DNA of 64,000 nucleotides, taken from NCBI GenBank assembly GCA_010909165.1, contig VJWM01000240.1, positions 62,001 to 126,000 of the forward strand. The letters are read 5' to 3'. This DNA comes from Anthoceros angustus. Lineage: Eukaryota > Plantae > Anthocerotophyta. The position numbers and the translations under genes are program-made. Positions 21,692 through 34,021 of this stretch are shown one piece after another (position 1 is the stretch's first letter; every line of letters begins with the position of its first letter). The notes beneath the pieces were generated by a model, which was not told the DNA's origin, made no database searches, and saw nothing but the letters and a program-made list of their open reading frames with translations.

Positions 21692-24600
21692 ATGAGGAAT
21701 CTGGCAGTTGTGTTTGAGCAGGCGGCGCAGGTCAGTTTGGGTAGCTCGGAGGAGAAGCTTGTCGCTGCAGCCTATGATTCGCAACATGGACGCTTCTTCT
21801 TTGCGTCGGATTCCTGCTCTGTGTACTGCTTGCCAGGAGATGGTTCTTCTGAGGTACGTTTTTGTTGGTTTGGTTGGGCTTTCAATGTGTTGTGTTTGGG
21901 TGGTTGACGGAGAGCTGCGTTGCAATGTCAGGCAGTGTGGAGTGTGTCGCTGGTGGGGACACAGGAGAGCTGTGAGGTGCTGGACTTGCAGGTGGGGGAT
22001 AGGGTGATAGGGCTGGAGTATGTGGTGGAAGAGGAGGCGTTGTTGGTGGCGATTGAGGCGGGGGATTTGTTGCTTCTCCGGCTGCCTGCGAGGGAGGTGG
22101 AGGTAGTAGGGCGGGTGGACGGAGGCCTTGTGAGGCTGGCTGCTAGTCCGGATGGGGAGCTGCTGGCGTTGGCGACGGGTTTGGGGCGGGTGCTTCTCAT
22201 GACGCAGGATTGGGATGTACTTTACGAGCTATCTGTGGACCAAGCCAGTGGTGATGCTTCTGTGAGTGAGTCTCTTGAGTGGTTTTGAGTTGGGATAGGT
22301 TTTCGGGGAAGTTGATTTTTCGGAGCCGGGGGTCCTGAAGGTAGGTTGGTGTGGGGTGATTGTAGGGGAAAGTTGGCGGTGGTACAGATGGAGAATGGCT
22401 GTCTGCAGGTGGGATACAGATAAGCTGGCGGGGTGACGGGAAGTACTTCACGACTTTGGATTTGAGAGGCGCGGGTGATGTGAAGATCTGGGAAAGAGAG
22501 ACAGGCGTATTGCATGCATGTGGTGAAAAGAGCGAACTTCCATTGACGGCCATCGGATGGTGCTCCTCGGGTGCAAGAATCTGCACTTCTTGTACCAGGA
22601 CAAGCACAGGGAGATCGCCTGGTGTCGTCTTCTACGAGAAGAATGGGTTGACAAAGGAAGGGTTTGACGTTGCTGGCCCTCCTGAAGCATGGGTCGATGC
22701 ACTTCGGTGGAATTGTGACTCCAGTGTCTTGGCTTTGGTGCTCAGATGTGGTGATTGGGATGCAGTTCAAGTCTGGAATTGCAGAAACTATCACTGGTAT
22801 CTGAAACAGGAGTGGCGCTTTTGTGGAAGAGACAGTGTTCAAATATTGTGGGATCCTGAGAAACCTTTGCGGCTGACATGCTGGATGTGTTCGGGAAAAG
22901 TACATACACTTGATATGTGCTGGAAAACTGCTGCGCTTCATGGCAGTCTGGCATTTGTCATTGATGGCAAAGATCTCCTGGTCACACCTCTTGCTCTAAC
23001 TTTAATCCCTCCACCCATGGCCCTATTCAAACTGAGATTTCTGGCCCCAATTCAGACTGTCTGTTTGAACGTTCAGAGTTCTAGCAAGACTTCGATTGCT
23101 GCATATCTATCAGATGGGAACTTAGGTGTGGTTACTTGCCCGGGTGTTGATGAGTGGGCTAACCTTGAAGATCATGTCTACTCTGCTCATGTTGTTCAGC
23201 ATGCACCCTCTTTTCCTCCCCTTGGTCGCCTACGACATCTGGTATGGCTCTATGATGATGCTTTACTCGCAGTCCAGCTCTGTGATACTGCGACCATGGT
23301 TGGAGATGGATCCATTGGTGAGTATCAGAATAGAGATGTGTTTGTAGAGCTTAAACTTTCAGAGGCAGGAGGTGCAGAGAGCTGCAGTACCGTTGACCTG
23401 GGAAATTGGTCTTTGAGAGCTGTTAAGCGTGTCCCTGCAGATCAGAAAGTAGTAGCTATGGTTGTTGCAGATGCAATCCAGAAAAGTGGTCAGGAGCAAG
23501 CATCAAGCACAGTTTTCATTCAATTGGTTGATGGCTCTGTTCACTGTTACGTGACAAATGAGCAGTCTCTGAAAGCTAGTACAGTGATCAAAAGCATTGG
23601 GAGGAAATTTGGTTCACCCTCACTGTGGATGAATGTTATTACCCTTTCTTCCAGACCTGTAGTGATTGGTCTCAGTGAGAATGGGGACTTACAAGTGGAG
23701 GACAAAATAGTTAACAGAGGCGCTACAAGCTTTGCCTTGCATTATGGTGCTGTGGCAAGTGGGAAAGAACCTGTCGTTAACCTGGTCTACACCACAAGAG
23801 GGGATCAACTGCATGTCACAAATGTTCATGAAGTCTTGGCTCGAGATGACTCTCACGTTCAATCTCGTGTTGTCTCTCAGGTCCTTCCTGCACCCAGGAA
23901 GGGCAGCAAGAACACCTTCAAGTCTGTGCACAGAGGCACAATGAATGTGTGGGAAAGGGGAGCAATGCTGGTTGGTGTAGTCTCTGAAAGGGATGCGAGT
24001 GTGATACTGCAGACTGTCCGAGGGAATCTTGAGACTTTGTATCCCAGAAAACTGGTTCTAGGTGCTATAGCAGCTGCCCTAGTGGCGGAAGATTTTGGGG
24101 TGGCAATGTCATTAGTTAGGAGGCATCATATTAACTTAAACGTGATTGTTGATTACAAAGGATGGGAAGCTTTTGTACCTCTTGCAAATGCATTTGTCAA
24201 GCAAGTTGATAATCTGAGCCACATAACTGATTTTGTATCTTCTGTAAGCAGTGACAATGTTATGTGTAGTCTTTACCAAGATCTTGTGTCAGGTATACCT
24301 GGGGGTAAGGCAGGAGATGAACAGGTGGGCTCTGTGAACAAGATCCGGGGAGTGCTGACTGCTGTACGGGCTGCTGTGGTCAAAGAAGTAGCTCCCAGCC
24401 CAGCCAGGGAGTTGTGTATTCTAACTACGCTAGCATGTGATGACCCACCTCAACTTGAAGATGCGCTCCAACGAGTCAAAAACTTGAGAGAGGATGAAAT
24501 GAATAGAAGAAACATGCCCGCAAGTTGCAATGGTGGTGAGAGGCCATCACCAGATTCATTTTCACCAACAGGGTCAACATTGGCTGCTGCTCGGGCTGTG

Positions 24601-26151
24601 AAACATTTGATCTGGTTAACAGATGCGGACAAGGTCTACAATGCTGCATTAGGCCTGTATGACCTACATCTTGCAGCTATGGTGGCTTCTGAGGCTCAAA
24701 GGGATCCCAAAGAGTTTCTCCCTGTCTTGGAGGAGCTGGAAGGGATGCCAGAGGCATTGATGCGTCATACCATAGACCTTCGGCTGGGCAAATTTGACAG
24801 TGCTCTGGAGAATCTTGCAGCCGCAGGAGATGATCACTTTCAAGACTCCTTGAAGCTGGTGCAGAAGAACCCCCAGCTCTTCCCACTCGCCCTTCGAATT
24901 TTCAGTGGGAGTGATAGGAGAAATGAGATCATGGCTGCATGGGGGGACCATCTGATGTCAGAAGAGAAGTTTGTTGACGCTGCTGCTGCTTTCTCTGCCT
25001 CGGGGCAGCTGGATAAAGTGTTGCTAGCGTATCGTGCCGGTGGTGTCTGGGAAGGGGTCTTGTCCGTTACAGGGCGGCTGAGAATGACTCAGGTTCAGAT
25101 AAAAAATCTTGCCTATGAAGTTTGCGAGGAGCTTCAGGCTTTGGGAAGGCCAGGTGACGCTGCCAAAGTTGCCTTGGAATACTTAAAGGACGTGGACCTG
25201 GCAATAAAGCTCATGGTCGATGCTCAAGACTGGAAGGAGGCTGTGAGAGTGGCCAGTCTGCACGATAGAGCAGACTTGCTGGCACAGGTTGAGAATGCTA
25301 CCTTGGAATGTGCAAATAGTTACGTCAGAGACTACGAAGAAGGTTTGGAAAAAATTGGGAAGTACTACACCAGGTATGTAGCGGTCCGCCAAAGAAGACT
25401 GCTGTTGGCTGCCAAGTTGAAGGAGGAACAGACGGAGGAGGAGGACTTGAACGATGCCGCCTCAGACACAAGCAGCAATGTCAGTGGCCTCAGCGGCATG
25501 AGTATTTACACACGAGGGTAAGCCTCCTTGTCCACGTCAAGTCACTCCTCTTCAAACCTCTTGGCTCACTACGTACGCTTGTCAAAACTGCTGCACTAAC
25601 GCATTTCGTGTCCGCAGCACGCCATCAGGACCAGCTGGGACATCCATCAATCCTTCCACAAGGGCTAGCACACGCAAACAACAGAAGCAAGCCCGACAGA
25701 GATCAAGAGGAAAACTTCGAGCTGGCAGGTAATACACTTTCGTATGAACAACTTGAATGCCGCCTAACAACTCTTATATCACTTGGAGATAACAAAGGGA
25801 ACAATGTCCTGCAGCCCCGGCGAAGAAGTTGCCCTACTGGAACATCTGAAGGATTTGGCCTTGTCCACGCGCACTAAGGAGGAACTTGGTCGCTTGTTGC
25901 AAGTGCTGCTCTTTCTTGCCCACGAAGATGTGGCCATGAGACTGCAGGAGGTTGCCTCACGGTTTGAGTGCACACAACTGGAAGCTGTAAAGCTAGCCGA
26001 ACAAAAAAGGGCTGAGGAAGAGCCTCGGAACTCACAGGCTATCCCAGACAGTATACCGTCTGTCAGCCAGGTAGAGGAAGTCAGGTGGAAGTTTGAAATC
26101 CTAAGTCCACCTCACAGAATCCAACCGTCGAGTTTTTTGTCTGTACAGTAG
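21692..26151 (+). CDS. ELP1: Elongator complex protein 1 (IKI3/ELO2). Exons 21692-21853, 21932-22261, 22366-25517, 25618-25728, 25815-26151
   Basis: MRNL start, ISWRGDGKYF, FYEKNGL, NYHWYLKQEW, ILQTVRGNLETLYPR, ALGLYDLHLA..VA..AQRDPKEFLP, SDTSSNVSGLSGMSIYT and RGKLRAGSPGEE. All four GT-AG introns keep the reading phase. Confidence 0.95.
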
Positions 26152-26576
26152 TGCAACTTAGACACAACAACTACGTTGTGCTGCGGATCCTCATTGTATC
26201 AAACAGAGACTAGTTTTATTGAATTGACACGACAAAAGATGTTCCTCCAGTGATTCAAATCAGCGTCCAATCTGTTACTGCTTGGGAGGCCGCACTTTAC
26301 ATGCCACGAAGAGGCACCAAAAGTTGGAATCCAGCACTACATGCACGCAGGGTGGAGACGGTCTTGGACACCTAACAATTCTCAATCCTTCAAGAACTCC
26401 TCAAACCGGCGAGCTTCTCATCTCCAGTGCCTGCATCAGAAGCATTTCCAGCTCCGTGATACCAGCGCGAACTAATTAACAACAACTCTTGCTCCTCCAT
26501 AGCTTCATAATCCTATACACTTGCCGGACGAAAACCCTAACCCTGCCACCACGTTGTCAGCAAAGGCAAGCTCGCG

Positions 26577-26900
26577 TCAATAGGGCGCTCGATCTCCCTC
26601 CTCCAGCTCCCCGGCCGCCTCCAGCCGCCTGAGCGCCTCCTCGTGTGCCCACTTATCGATGCGGGTGTCAGGCTTGGCCTTGAGCCCCACTCCGAGAATG
26701 ATGACGGTGAGCACGCAGGTGGTGTAGTAGGGCAGCTCCCAACTCTCCCACTTCCTGGACTGCCCCGGCGGGGGCGGCGTCTCGTTGAATAGATATCCCG
26801 TGGGCTCGTGATGCCCCGGAGTCCACCATCCTCCGCTGCCACCTCCCCCGCGCAGCCGCAGCACGCGCCGGGCTCCCGTCCAAACCCGCTGCATTTGCAT
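26577..26900 (-). CDS. Mitochondrial complex I ESSS subunit (NDUFB11 homologue)
   Basis: WWTPGHHEPTGYLFNETPPPPGQSRKWESWELPYY, one TM helix and KPDTRIDKWAHEEALRRL. Arg-rich presequence, ATG at 26900. Confidence 0.9.
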   Translation of the reverse strand: MQMQRVWTGARRVLRLRGGGGSGGWWTPGHHEPTGYLFNETPPPPGQSRKWESWELPYYTTCVLTVIILGVGLKAKPDTRIDKWAHEEALRRLEAAGELEEGDRAPY

Positions 26901-27074
26901 CGTCGCGTCCCTCGACTTCACAACCTAGCCTCCCCCTCCATCGCCCCGGTACTTAGATGAAGCCTATGGCTCCAACCAGGCATTACTGTCACGGAATTAA
27001 TTCGAATGTAATTTTGGTGGCACGTGTTTATTGAATTATTAATCACTAAGTGAACGTGGAGACTTTATAAATAT

Positions 27075-27840
27075 GCACATATGGGAAGTCCCAATCTAGA
27101 TTGAGACGATGAGGAACAACTCTCTATAGGGCCCAGGCCAAGGAGGACCAGGCCCCGAACGTCTACTCTAAAGCTACCTACCGCTCCAAAGATGTCATAG
27201 TTTAGAATAAGGAAGGGGCCTATTAGCCACTGAAGCTGAAGATGTTACGATGCTATGTTCCCACATCCGAAGCTGTCTAGAAAATTGCGTTTGCTAACAC
27301 CTTTGGTAGAGCAATGGACACTTATTGCCAGAAGAAAGCTACACACATGAAAGAAAGAGACCTACCCGTTCTTGCGAAAGTAGTATGCTTTTAGCACAAG
27401 CCTTGATAAACTTCGAGAAGTCCTTGCCCACGGCCTCGTCAATCTCAATAGTAAGGGGAATGAAAGCATGGCCTTCCTGCATGGGGGTGTACTTATGAAG
27501 CTTGGTTGTAGCGCATCCCTCTTCTGCCCAACCCAGAGGGTTGATGATGACATGCTCGCAGATGGTATCTCGAGTAAGGTATGTTACTACCACATCTACA
27601 ACAAAGCCTTCGTCCTCCCGGGGCAGAAATAGGTCAGCCCTGAAAGAAACAGCGTTAGACAAAGTATGTGGGCGCTCCCTGAAAGGAAAGAATCCGCTCT
27701 CCATGGTACTGGAGAACATGACTTCTCGAACTACGTTATGTGTAGTAGTGCACTACCCACCTATTGGACAGCGAACTAAGTGGGTCCCAGAGTCGTTGAG
27801 TGGGGCACTACCAAGTAGCTCACATTGTTTTCACGAGGAC
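27075..27840 (-). mobile_element. CRE/SLACS-type non-LTR retrotransposon 3' relic (restriction-like endonuclease)
   Basis: RADL...VVDVVV...A..KLHKY...FIPLTIE matches the RLE PD..D..K..KY pattern. The ORF is interrupted. Confidence 0.7.
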
Positions 27841-27848
27841 ATAAAGTA

Positions 27849-27903
27849 GGCCTCATGGCCCAATGGATAAGGTGCTGATCTTCGAATCATAAAACTCTAG
27901 GTT
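27849..27903 (+). pseudogene. Truncated tRNA-Arg-derived relic
   Basis: CATGGCCCAATGGATAAGG(T)GCTG(A)TCT(T)CGAA matches the 5' half of plant cytosolic tRNA-Arg(ACG) as recalled. It breaks off in the T arm at GGTT. Confidence 0.6.
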
Positions 27904-28091
27904 ACACAACTACAACCTTTACCTTCACCTTTATTCAAAAAGTGCTTTGGCTTTCAAAAAAGCCCCAATTTCGTTTTTATTGCATTGCTTGCCCTTGCCC
28001 CCTATTGCTACTTTATCGCAACGTCCAAAGGCTATTGGATGTTCCAGTTGCCATCAGAAAGTTAAAACGATGGCAGACCTCTCTGTCCCAA

Positions 28092-29435
28092 CTACCCATC
28101 AGGAACTACCCACCAGGGAGTAAAGACATCAAAGCGTGGCTCGAAAGTTGCAATAGAAAAGTTAAAATGACGGCAGGGCTCTTTCCATCCCAAGTACCCA
28201 CCGGGGAACTTTGTCGAACCAAGCGAAGATGCTAGATCCGGAGGCACTAGTATCCAGTCCATGCCGTCATGCGTGAAAATGATGGACGCTGTACACATGT
28301 GTGCAGCTTGATAATCCAAAGGAATACCAGCAACATAGAACATCTTCGAACTCCCTGCGGCTCTGAGGCAACGTTGAAACGGGGGCAAGTCGGGCTCTAG
28401 CTTGGACTGGCACATGACGTTTTGTTTTTGGTCCTCTGGAGAAAACGTGGTAAGACGACAATTGTAGGGAGGATTGGGCATGTCTTTGGTCCTGCCATCC
28501 TCAAATTCAAGCAGCGAAGGAATTGTGTGATGCACAGGCCTGCAGCTAGTGCAATCCTCATTGTTGTCATCCACCAAGAGCGAAAACCATGATGTCAGCC
28601 ACCCATCATGCCGCGCAGCGAAGTGGACCGAAGAACACATGACCCAGCGATCCTGCTCCACCGAGTAGGTCACAATTCGAAGGCCTCGTCCGAAGTCTAT
28701 GCCCTGGCCTTCGAATTCGGATTCGAATGGTAAGTAGATGGCATCCTTGGACGCCACACTACCTCCTTTACGAAACATATCGCTACTATAGTCTTGATTA
28801 CCAAATTCAGGAATGGGCAACATCAATTTAGCTCCCTCGCTCCACTTGGACTGACTGGAATCGTAGATATAAGCCCTACAAGAGGGATACGAACAATAGA
28901 AATCAACGTGGATGCGAATGATTTTGAAGCCTTCAGTCCTCTCATTAGTGATCAACTCATGCGCAACAGCATCCATATGGTTGCCATGCTTAATATAAGC
29001 ATTTGGGATCTCCACACACTGCCACCTTTGAAGTAGGGGATTGCCCACCCAATACTTTGAATAGGCCTTGGATTCATTAGGACGCTCTCGTAACAACACC
29101 AGACCCAAGTCACCTCCCGTGCCTTTGCTAATCTTCACGTCGCTTCCCGCTGCTGTGGGAAGAGGGATTGTAAACCATCGGGAGGAAACCGGGTCGAAAA
29201 CACGACAGATTCTTCGCCACTTCTGTTTATTTCTTGCATACCAAGGTCCACTCCCGAAATGCATCCAGCGGGTGAGCATCAACCAAGGCTGCTTGGGAGT
29301 GGTATTGGGAGTTGCATGAGACGACGTGATAATTCTATTCCACCTCTTGCACATGGATCGGACTCGTGCTTGGCTCACAACCGGTAACCGACCTAAAATA
29401 TTTTCCAGTAGCTCGTCCGGCAGCTCGTCCATCAT
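28092..29435 (-). CDS. F-box protein with a divergent kelch/FBA-like beta-propeller C-terminus, intronless
   Basis: ELPDELLENILGRLPVVSQARVRSMCKRWNRII F-box, followed by VFDPVSSRW, VGNPLLQRW, IYDSSQSKW and TYSVEQDRW blade-like motifs. Confidence 0.85.
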   Translation of the reverse strand: MMDELPDELLENILGRLPVVSQARVRSMCKRWNRIITSSHATPNTTPKQPWLMLTRWMHFGSGPWYARNKQKWRRICRVFDPVSSRWFTIPLPTAAGSDVKISKGTGGDLGLVLLRERPNESKAYSKYWVGNPLLQRWQCVEIPNAYIKHGNHMDAVAHELITNERTEGFKIIRIHVDFYCSYPSCRAYIYDSSQSKWSEGAKLMLPIPEFGNQDYSSDMFRKGGSVASKDAIYLPFESEFEGQGIDFGRGLRIVTYSVEQDRWVMCSSVHFAARHDGWLTSWFSLLVDDNNEDCTSCRPVHHTIPSLLEFEDGRTKDMPNPPYNCRLTTFSPEDQKQNVMCQSKLEPDLPPFQRCLRAAGSSKMFYVAGIPLDYQAAHMCTASIIFTHDGMDWILVPPDLASSLGSTKFPGGYLGWKEPCRHFNFSIATFEPRFDVFTPWWVVPDG

Positions 29436-29975
29436 GCATCTTTCTATCGTGACAGCCTGCACACTTTCTACCCATGCAGCGCACATAACACAAGCCAAAG
29501 TCTCCTTATCAATTGGATTTTGAAGTCCAAAATTTAATTCGAATATGACCTCCACATCTAGCACTCCAAACTTCTCTTGAAATACTCAAGGTGCCTTTCC
29601 TCCACAAATTCCCACAACCCTACATAAATAGTCTTAAAAGAAACTTGTCAAGATTAAACATTTCTTTTTTCCGTCATATTTTCTTAATTAATCAAGAAAG
29701 ACCTACACCACTACTTGTATAATCGTAAAGTAGACTAATACCTAGATTAAAGTGAAGGCCATTCTAAAATAGAAAAGCTTGTGGGCTTTTCCTCCTCGAG
29801 AGCCGCTCTTGACGTTTTTCTTTATTAAACGAAGGACATGATGGGGAGAGCCCATCCCGTTGGGGATATGAAAGGGAGAACCAAAGGGACATGAAAGGGA
29901 GAACCAAAGGGCCGCGATAAAAGGAGTGACTATGTTCCTTCCCTACCTCCAAAGCAAGGGATTTCTTGCCCAGTA

Positions 29976-30135
29976 CATCAAATAGGTATTCAAATACTTT
30001 AAATAGGTATTTAATTTGATATTACATTTCGGAGATGCTATCCCAGCAACGCTGAGATCCATCAAATAGGTATTTAAATACTTTAAATAGATATTTAATT
30101 TGATATTACATTTCGGAGATGCTATCCCAGCAACA
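29976..30135. repeat. 84-bp tandem duplication with a quasi-palindromic AT-rich core
   Basis: CATCAAATAGGTATT.AAATACTTTAAATAG.TATTTAATTTGATATTACATTTCGGAGATGCTATCCCAGCAAC occurs twice. Confidence 0.85.
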
Positions 30136-30732
30136 CCGAGACCTGATTAACCGATAACTGACTTAATTAGATCTTTTCCAACAGTCCATCCATTATACAT
30201 CTTTGTGTTAAGACAATAGATGTCCTCTAGTAGGTGGGTTCACCCATGTCTTACATAGGTATATGTACATTGGCACAATAGTACTACGTACATAGTCCAA
30301 GAGTCTTCAAGTGCGGGGTCGCTAGAGTCTTTTTGTTAAGGTGTTCGGCGATTGCGTTCCACCTACACAACGGCTCGGTCCTTTGGGGTTCCGTTCGGTC
30401 ACGTTACGTGGCTTTCCGTTCGGTTCCGTTCCGCGGGGCGGGCAGCTGCAGCGCGGGCCTCGGGGTCCCGCCGAATCTCGGGGCACTCGCACGCTCTGTT
30501 CTTGTGCTTCTGAGAAGGATCGAGAGCAGACCTACATAGGCGCGGGAGCGTTAGCAGCTGTGCTTGGAAAGGGCGGAGCTCGGTGCTGCTGCTTTGCACG
30601 CTGCGGCAGCGAGCAGGTCGTGAGCAGGTTTTGGCGGTGAGGTTGGGAGGAATTTTTTGTGCATACGTGTGGTGGATTGGGAGCTGGAGGAAGGCGGGAA
30701 GGGGAAGGTGGGAAGGGCAGGGAAGGGAAGAG

Positions 30733-32112
30733 ATGGTGTGGCCTTCCTCGTCGTCGTCGTCGGAGGGCGGGGACGCGCATCACCGTGGCCGGAGCCGGGA
30801 TCGGCTGCGGAAGAGCAAGCGGCGGCACAGGACGGGGGAGCGGGACAAGAAGGCCGCAAGCGAGAACGCTGTGAGCAGCAGCGACTGTAGTACCGGCGGC
30901 GGCGTCTCGGACAGCGAGTGCAGCAGTAGGAGTGCCGGGGACAGTGTGAGCGGGGGCGAGCGAGCTGAGAAACGGCGGGTTGGCAAGCGCAGGTCCAGGT
31001 GAGCATGGGGTTTGATGTCAGGGTTTATGTGTGAAGCACGTGCGGTTTGGTATGAGGCAGATCTTTGGCTGTGAATTGTGGCGTGGAACGTGAGCGGCAC
31101 GGATTTGGGTGACATGCCGAGCTGCTTGTGTGGAAGGAGCTGCACTTATGGCGACATGCTCTTGTGCAGGGACGAGTCGTCCAGCAGTGATAGTGAAGCT
31201 GACAGTTCGGATCGGTCGAGGAAGCACAGGCGCATATCCAGATCTCGGAAGAAGGTTTGATTTGGTCTACCAGGTTTTGCATGTGTTGTGTGTTGCACTG
31301 TGTTCTCTGTGCTGATTTTTTTTTTCGTTGGACCTGTAGGATGGCAAGGAGAAGGATGGCAAGGAACGGGGTCGCGAAAGAACTCACAAGCATAAGCACA
31401 AGCTTCACAAACAGAAGGAGGTAGCCTTCTTTAACCTGTTCTCCTATTCTCTGGATGTTCTGAGGATCTGTGTCTATGAAGCTCGTGCATGGCCAATGTA
31501 GTATGTCTAGGCCTGTTGTGACCCCCGCCAAGCATGTAGTAAGTATGGTACTGATTCGTATCTGCTGCCTGCATGTGGATTGGGCCCTTCGAAATTGGAG
31601 CCGCGGTCTGCAACCTGGATAATAAACTCATGGGATGGCGGGCCCGTTGTTGCTGGCCGATTGTTGGATTGTTGCTGATGGATGTGATTCGTCAATGGGT
31701 CTTATCTGCAACCATGGAGCTGACAATATAGAAGTCGAGCAAAGATAGCTCTGGGCCTGTGCAGCTCTCGAAGGTATTTTCTCATTTCATTTCCCTTGCC
31801 CTCTTCGAGTTTAGATGGCTTCTCATTGTAGCTTTGGTTGTACTGAATTTCTCGGTCCATGTATGTTCTTCAGTTCCTCGGTCGAGGGAACAAGGATGAC
31901 AGGGTTCGGCGAAGTGTTGTTTCGGGAAAAAAGGTTGGAGATGTCTTGCATGCTATCGCATGGCATTGTAGGCCTGGTTCCGTTTAGACAGCTGTATTTG
32001 ATGACATGGCTGGCTGCAGATCCAGATGAAAGTGGAGAAGACGAAAGAGGACAAGCTGGCGGAGAGTAACCGGAATGAACTTCTCAAATTCCTTAATGCG
32101 AGCTATGATTGA
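30733..32112 (+). CDS. Conserved uncharacterised Arg/Ser/Lys-rich nuclear-type protein. Exons 30733-30998, 31170-31254, 31340-31420, 31732-31773, 31874-31933, 32020-32112
   Basis: Phase-consistent GT-AG splicing gives the C-terminus SGPVQLSKFLGR...RRSVVSGKKIQMKVEKTKEDKLAESNRNELLKFLNASYD*, a motif I recall as conserved in plants. Confidence 0.8.
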
Positions 32113-32374
32113 TCCTGGCCGCTCTCCAGGGTGCAGATTGATTGGCGTGTGATGCTGCAGTTTCCACTGTCTGAGGATTCTGGATTTGGTCCTTTGTACG
32201 CCGCGAAGACATCCATGGTTTACCTCAGAATCGTGACGATTTTGCCATTTCAACCCGAGCTGGTTGTCTTTGGGACAAATCGCTTGGAAAGCGCTAGTGG
32301 TATAGTGCACTGATAAAATGCAAATTGATTGGCAGTTCAGGTTCTAGGACAGTGCCTTTTGCTGCTATCAGCAG

Positions 32375-33193
32375 CTACAGCTTTCTGGAGTAGCCGGAAC
32401 CCCTGCAATTTTTGCAGAGAATGAGACCTGCGAGTTGTGAACAAGCATGGTTAAAACTGCTAGGCTTCTAATGCAAAGCTCCTCATTGTGGAGTCACTAC
32501 AACGCTATACGAGACCACGTACCGGCACCCTTACACACTCGGCAGTCGCCAAGTCCTGTTTCTGTTCTCATTTTCCCGTCTTCGCAGAACACACACTTTG
32601 TGCCACCTGCTCACCCATACGAAATGGTCAGTCTGGGGCTGTTACAAAACGGAATAAGTTGGATTCAAGTGTTCCATTCTCACCGTTTCCTCCACACCTT
32701 TCGCAAGATATCGGCTCACCCTGCACAAACCATTTCCAACAACGATGTGTTGGCTGCTTCTTCAAGAACGCAGACACTCCAATGCCGCTCAATTCTTCAG
32801 TGCCGCAGGTAACACTCTCACCTTGAGTCCGAAGTAGAGCGAGGCAGATGTGGCGGCCAACACACTGGCACTGAGGATGATGGTCTGGACATCTGGAGGA
32901 TCAATGTCCAGGAGCAAAATCCCTGACAGACATCCATCCACTGCTCCACAGACCGCGCTTGAGGCGCGTTTCCGGCGCGGCTTCCCCCCGGAAGACAAGG
33001 TGAAGGCATCCCGGGAGAGAGCCAGATGAAGGAGATGGCAATGCCGGAGACCTAAGCAGAGCGGCACAGCGTCCCTGAGGAGGATAGCGCAGAAAGATGA
33101 AGGTGGCGATGGATGCTGCAAAGTAGGCGACGGCAGACTCGGTGATTTGCAAGAGCTACACCCTGCCAGCTCCCGTGAGCCTGCGCTGATCAT
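32375..33193 (-). CDS. Plastid DnaJ-like zinc-finger (CxxCxGxG) membrane protein, 4 exons
   Basis: Ser/Pro-rich transit-like N-terminus and a TM helix ending LYFGLK, then spliced exons [13 protein letters not shown] / [12 protein letters not shown]...DCRVCKGAG / [16 protein letters not shown]. The start codon is uncertain. Confidence 0.85.
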
Positions 33194-34021
33194 CTTCCCT
33201 TTACAGAAACTCCACGCCGCCCCGGTCTACTTCGCGTCAGATTCAAGCATTCTGGCCCGCAGCTTTCTTTCACGACCGGATTCAAAGGAATGCTGCGCTG
33301 CCAAAGTGTGACCGGGGATTCGCAGTGGCCGCCACAGGACGATAGCCAACAGATCCACATTATCTCCTCCTTTGCTATCGAATCACCTTATGCTAACTGC
33401 CGGCAGAGAATCCCGCTTTCACTCAAATTCTGTTTCAAAACTTCATAAATTCATGGTTATAGCGCACATAGGTTGTTTATATCCCCACACGTTACAAGGG
33501 GAATTTAGGTCTCTTCACTGTGGAGACAAGCGCTCCAGCTCCCAGCTACGAAGCCACAGATGTTCTCACCAGTGTTGGGGTGCTGGATCCTGACACTGCT
33601 GAAGTGGAAGTGAAAGTGGAAGAGCTGGGCTCCAAATTTCTCTTCTGCACCTGGGCCAATTTCCGATCCTGCATGCCTCGCCTGCCAGGTTCAGGCTTGC
33701 CCGGAGAGCTGGGCTTGGAATGGGAGGCAACCATGACCAATCACCATATCCAAGCAAAGGAGCTGCCCATCAGCCCACGCTGGGTTAATCACGCTGTTTA
33801 ACGTCAGGACCTCGCAACGAAGCCGGCATAGGGGGAGCGACTCTGGCTGGTGCAAGGGCTTGCGGTGCCCAAGGAAGTGCGATGACGAGGCGCGATTGTT
33901 GGACGGTGTGAGAATTGTTGCCACAGCCACGGAAACTGATCCCGAAATTCGCGAGGGATATTGATCTCGCCTGGGCCAGATACGGCAGATTGCTTGCAAG
34001 GTTCTGGTAGCTGCGAGAGGG

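Noticed and set aside
21529-21717. Conserved uORF peptide (ESVCYDKLKPYLSPENCDIVC) shared with ORF 19040-19252
   Set aside because: The similarity is explained by DNA-level duplication of the ELP1 leader. There is no independent evidence of peptide conservation.
26532-26544. AAACCCTAACCCT as interstitial telomere
   Set aside because: Fewer than two units, consistent with chance or a lone telo-box.
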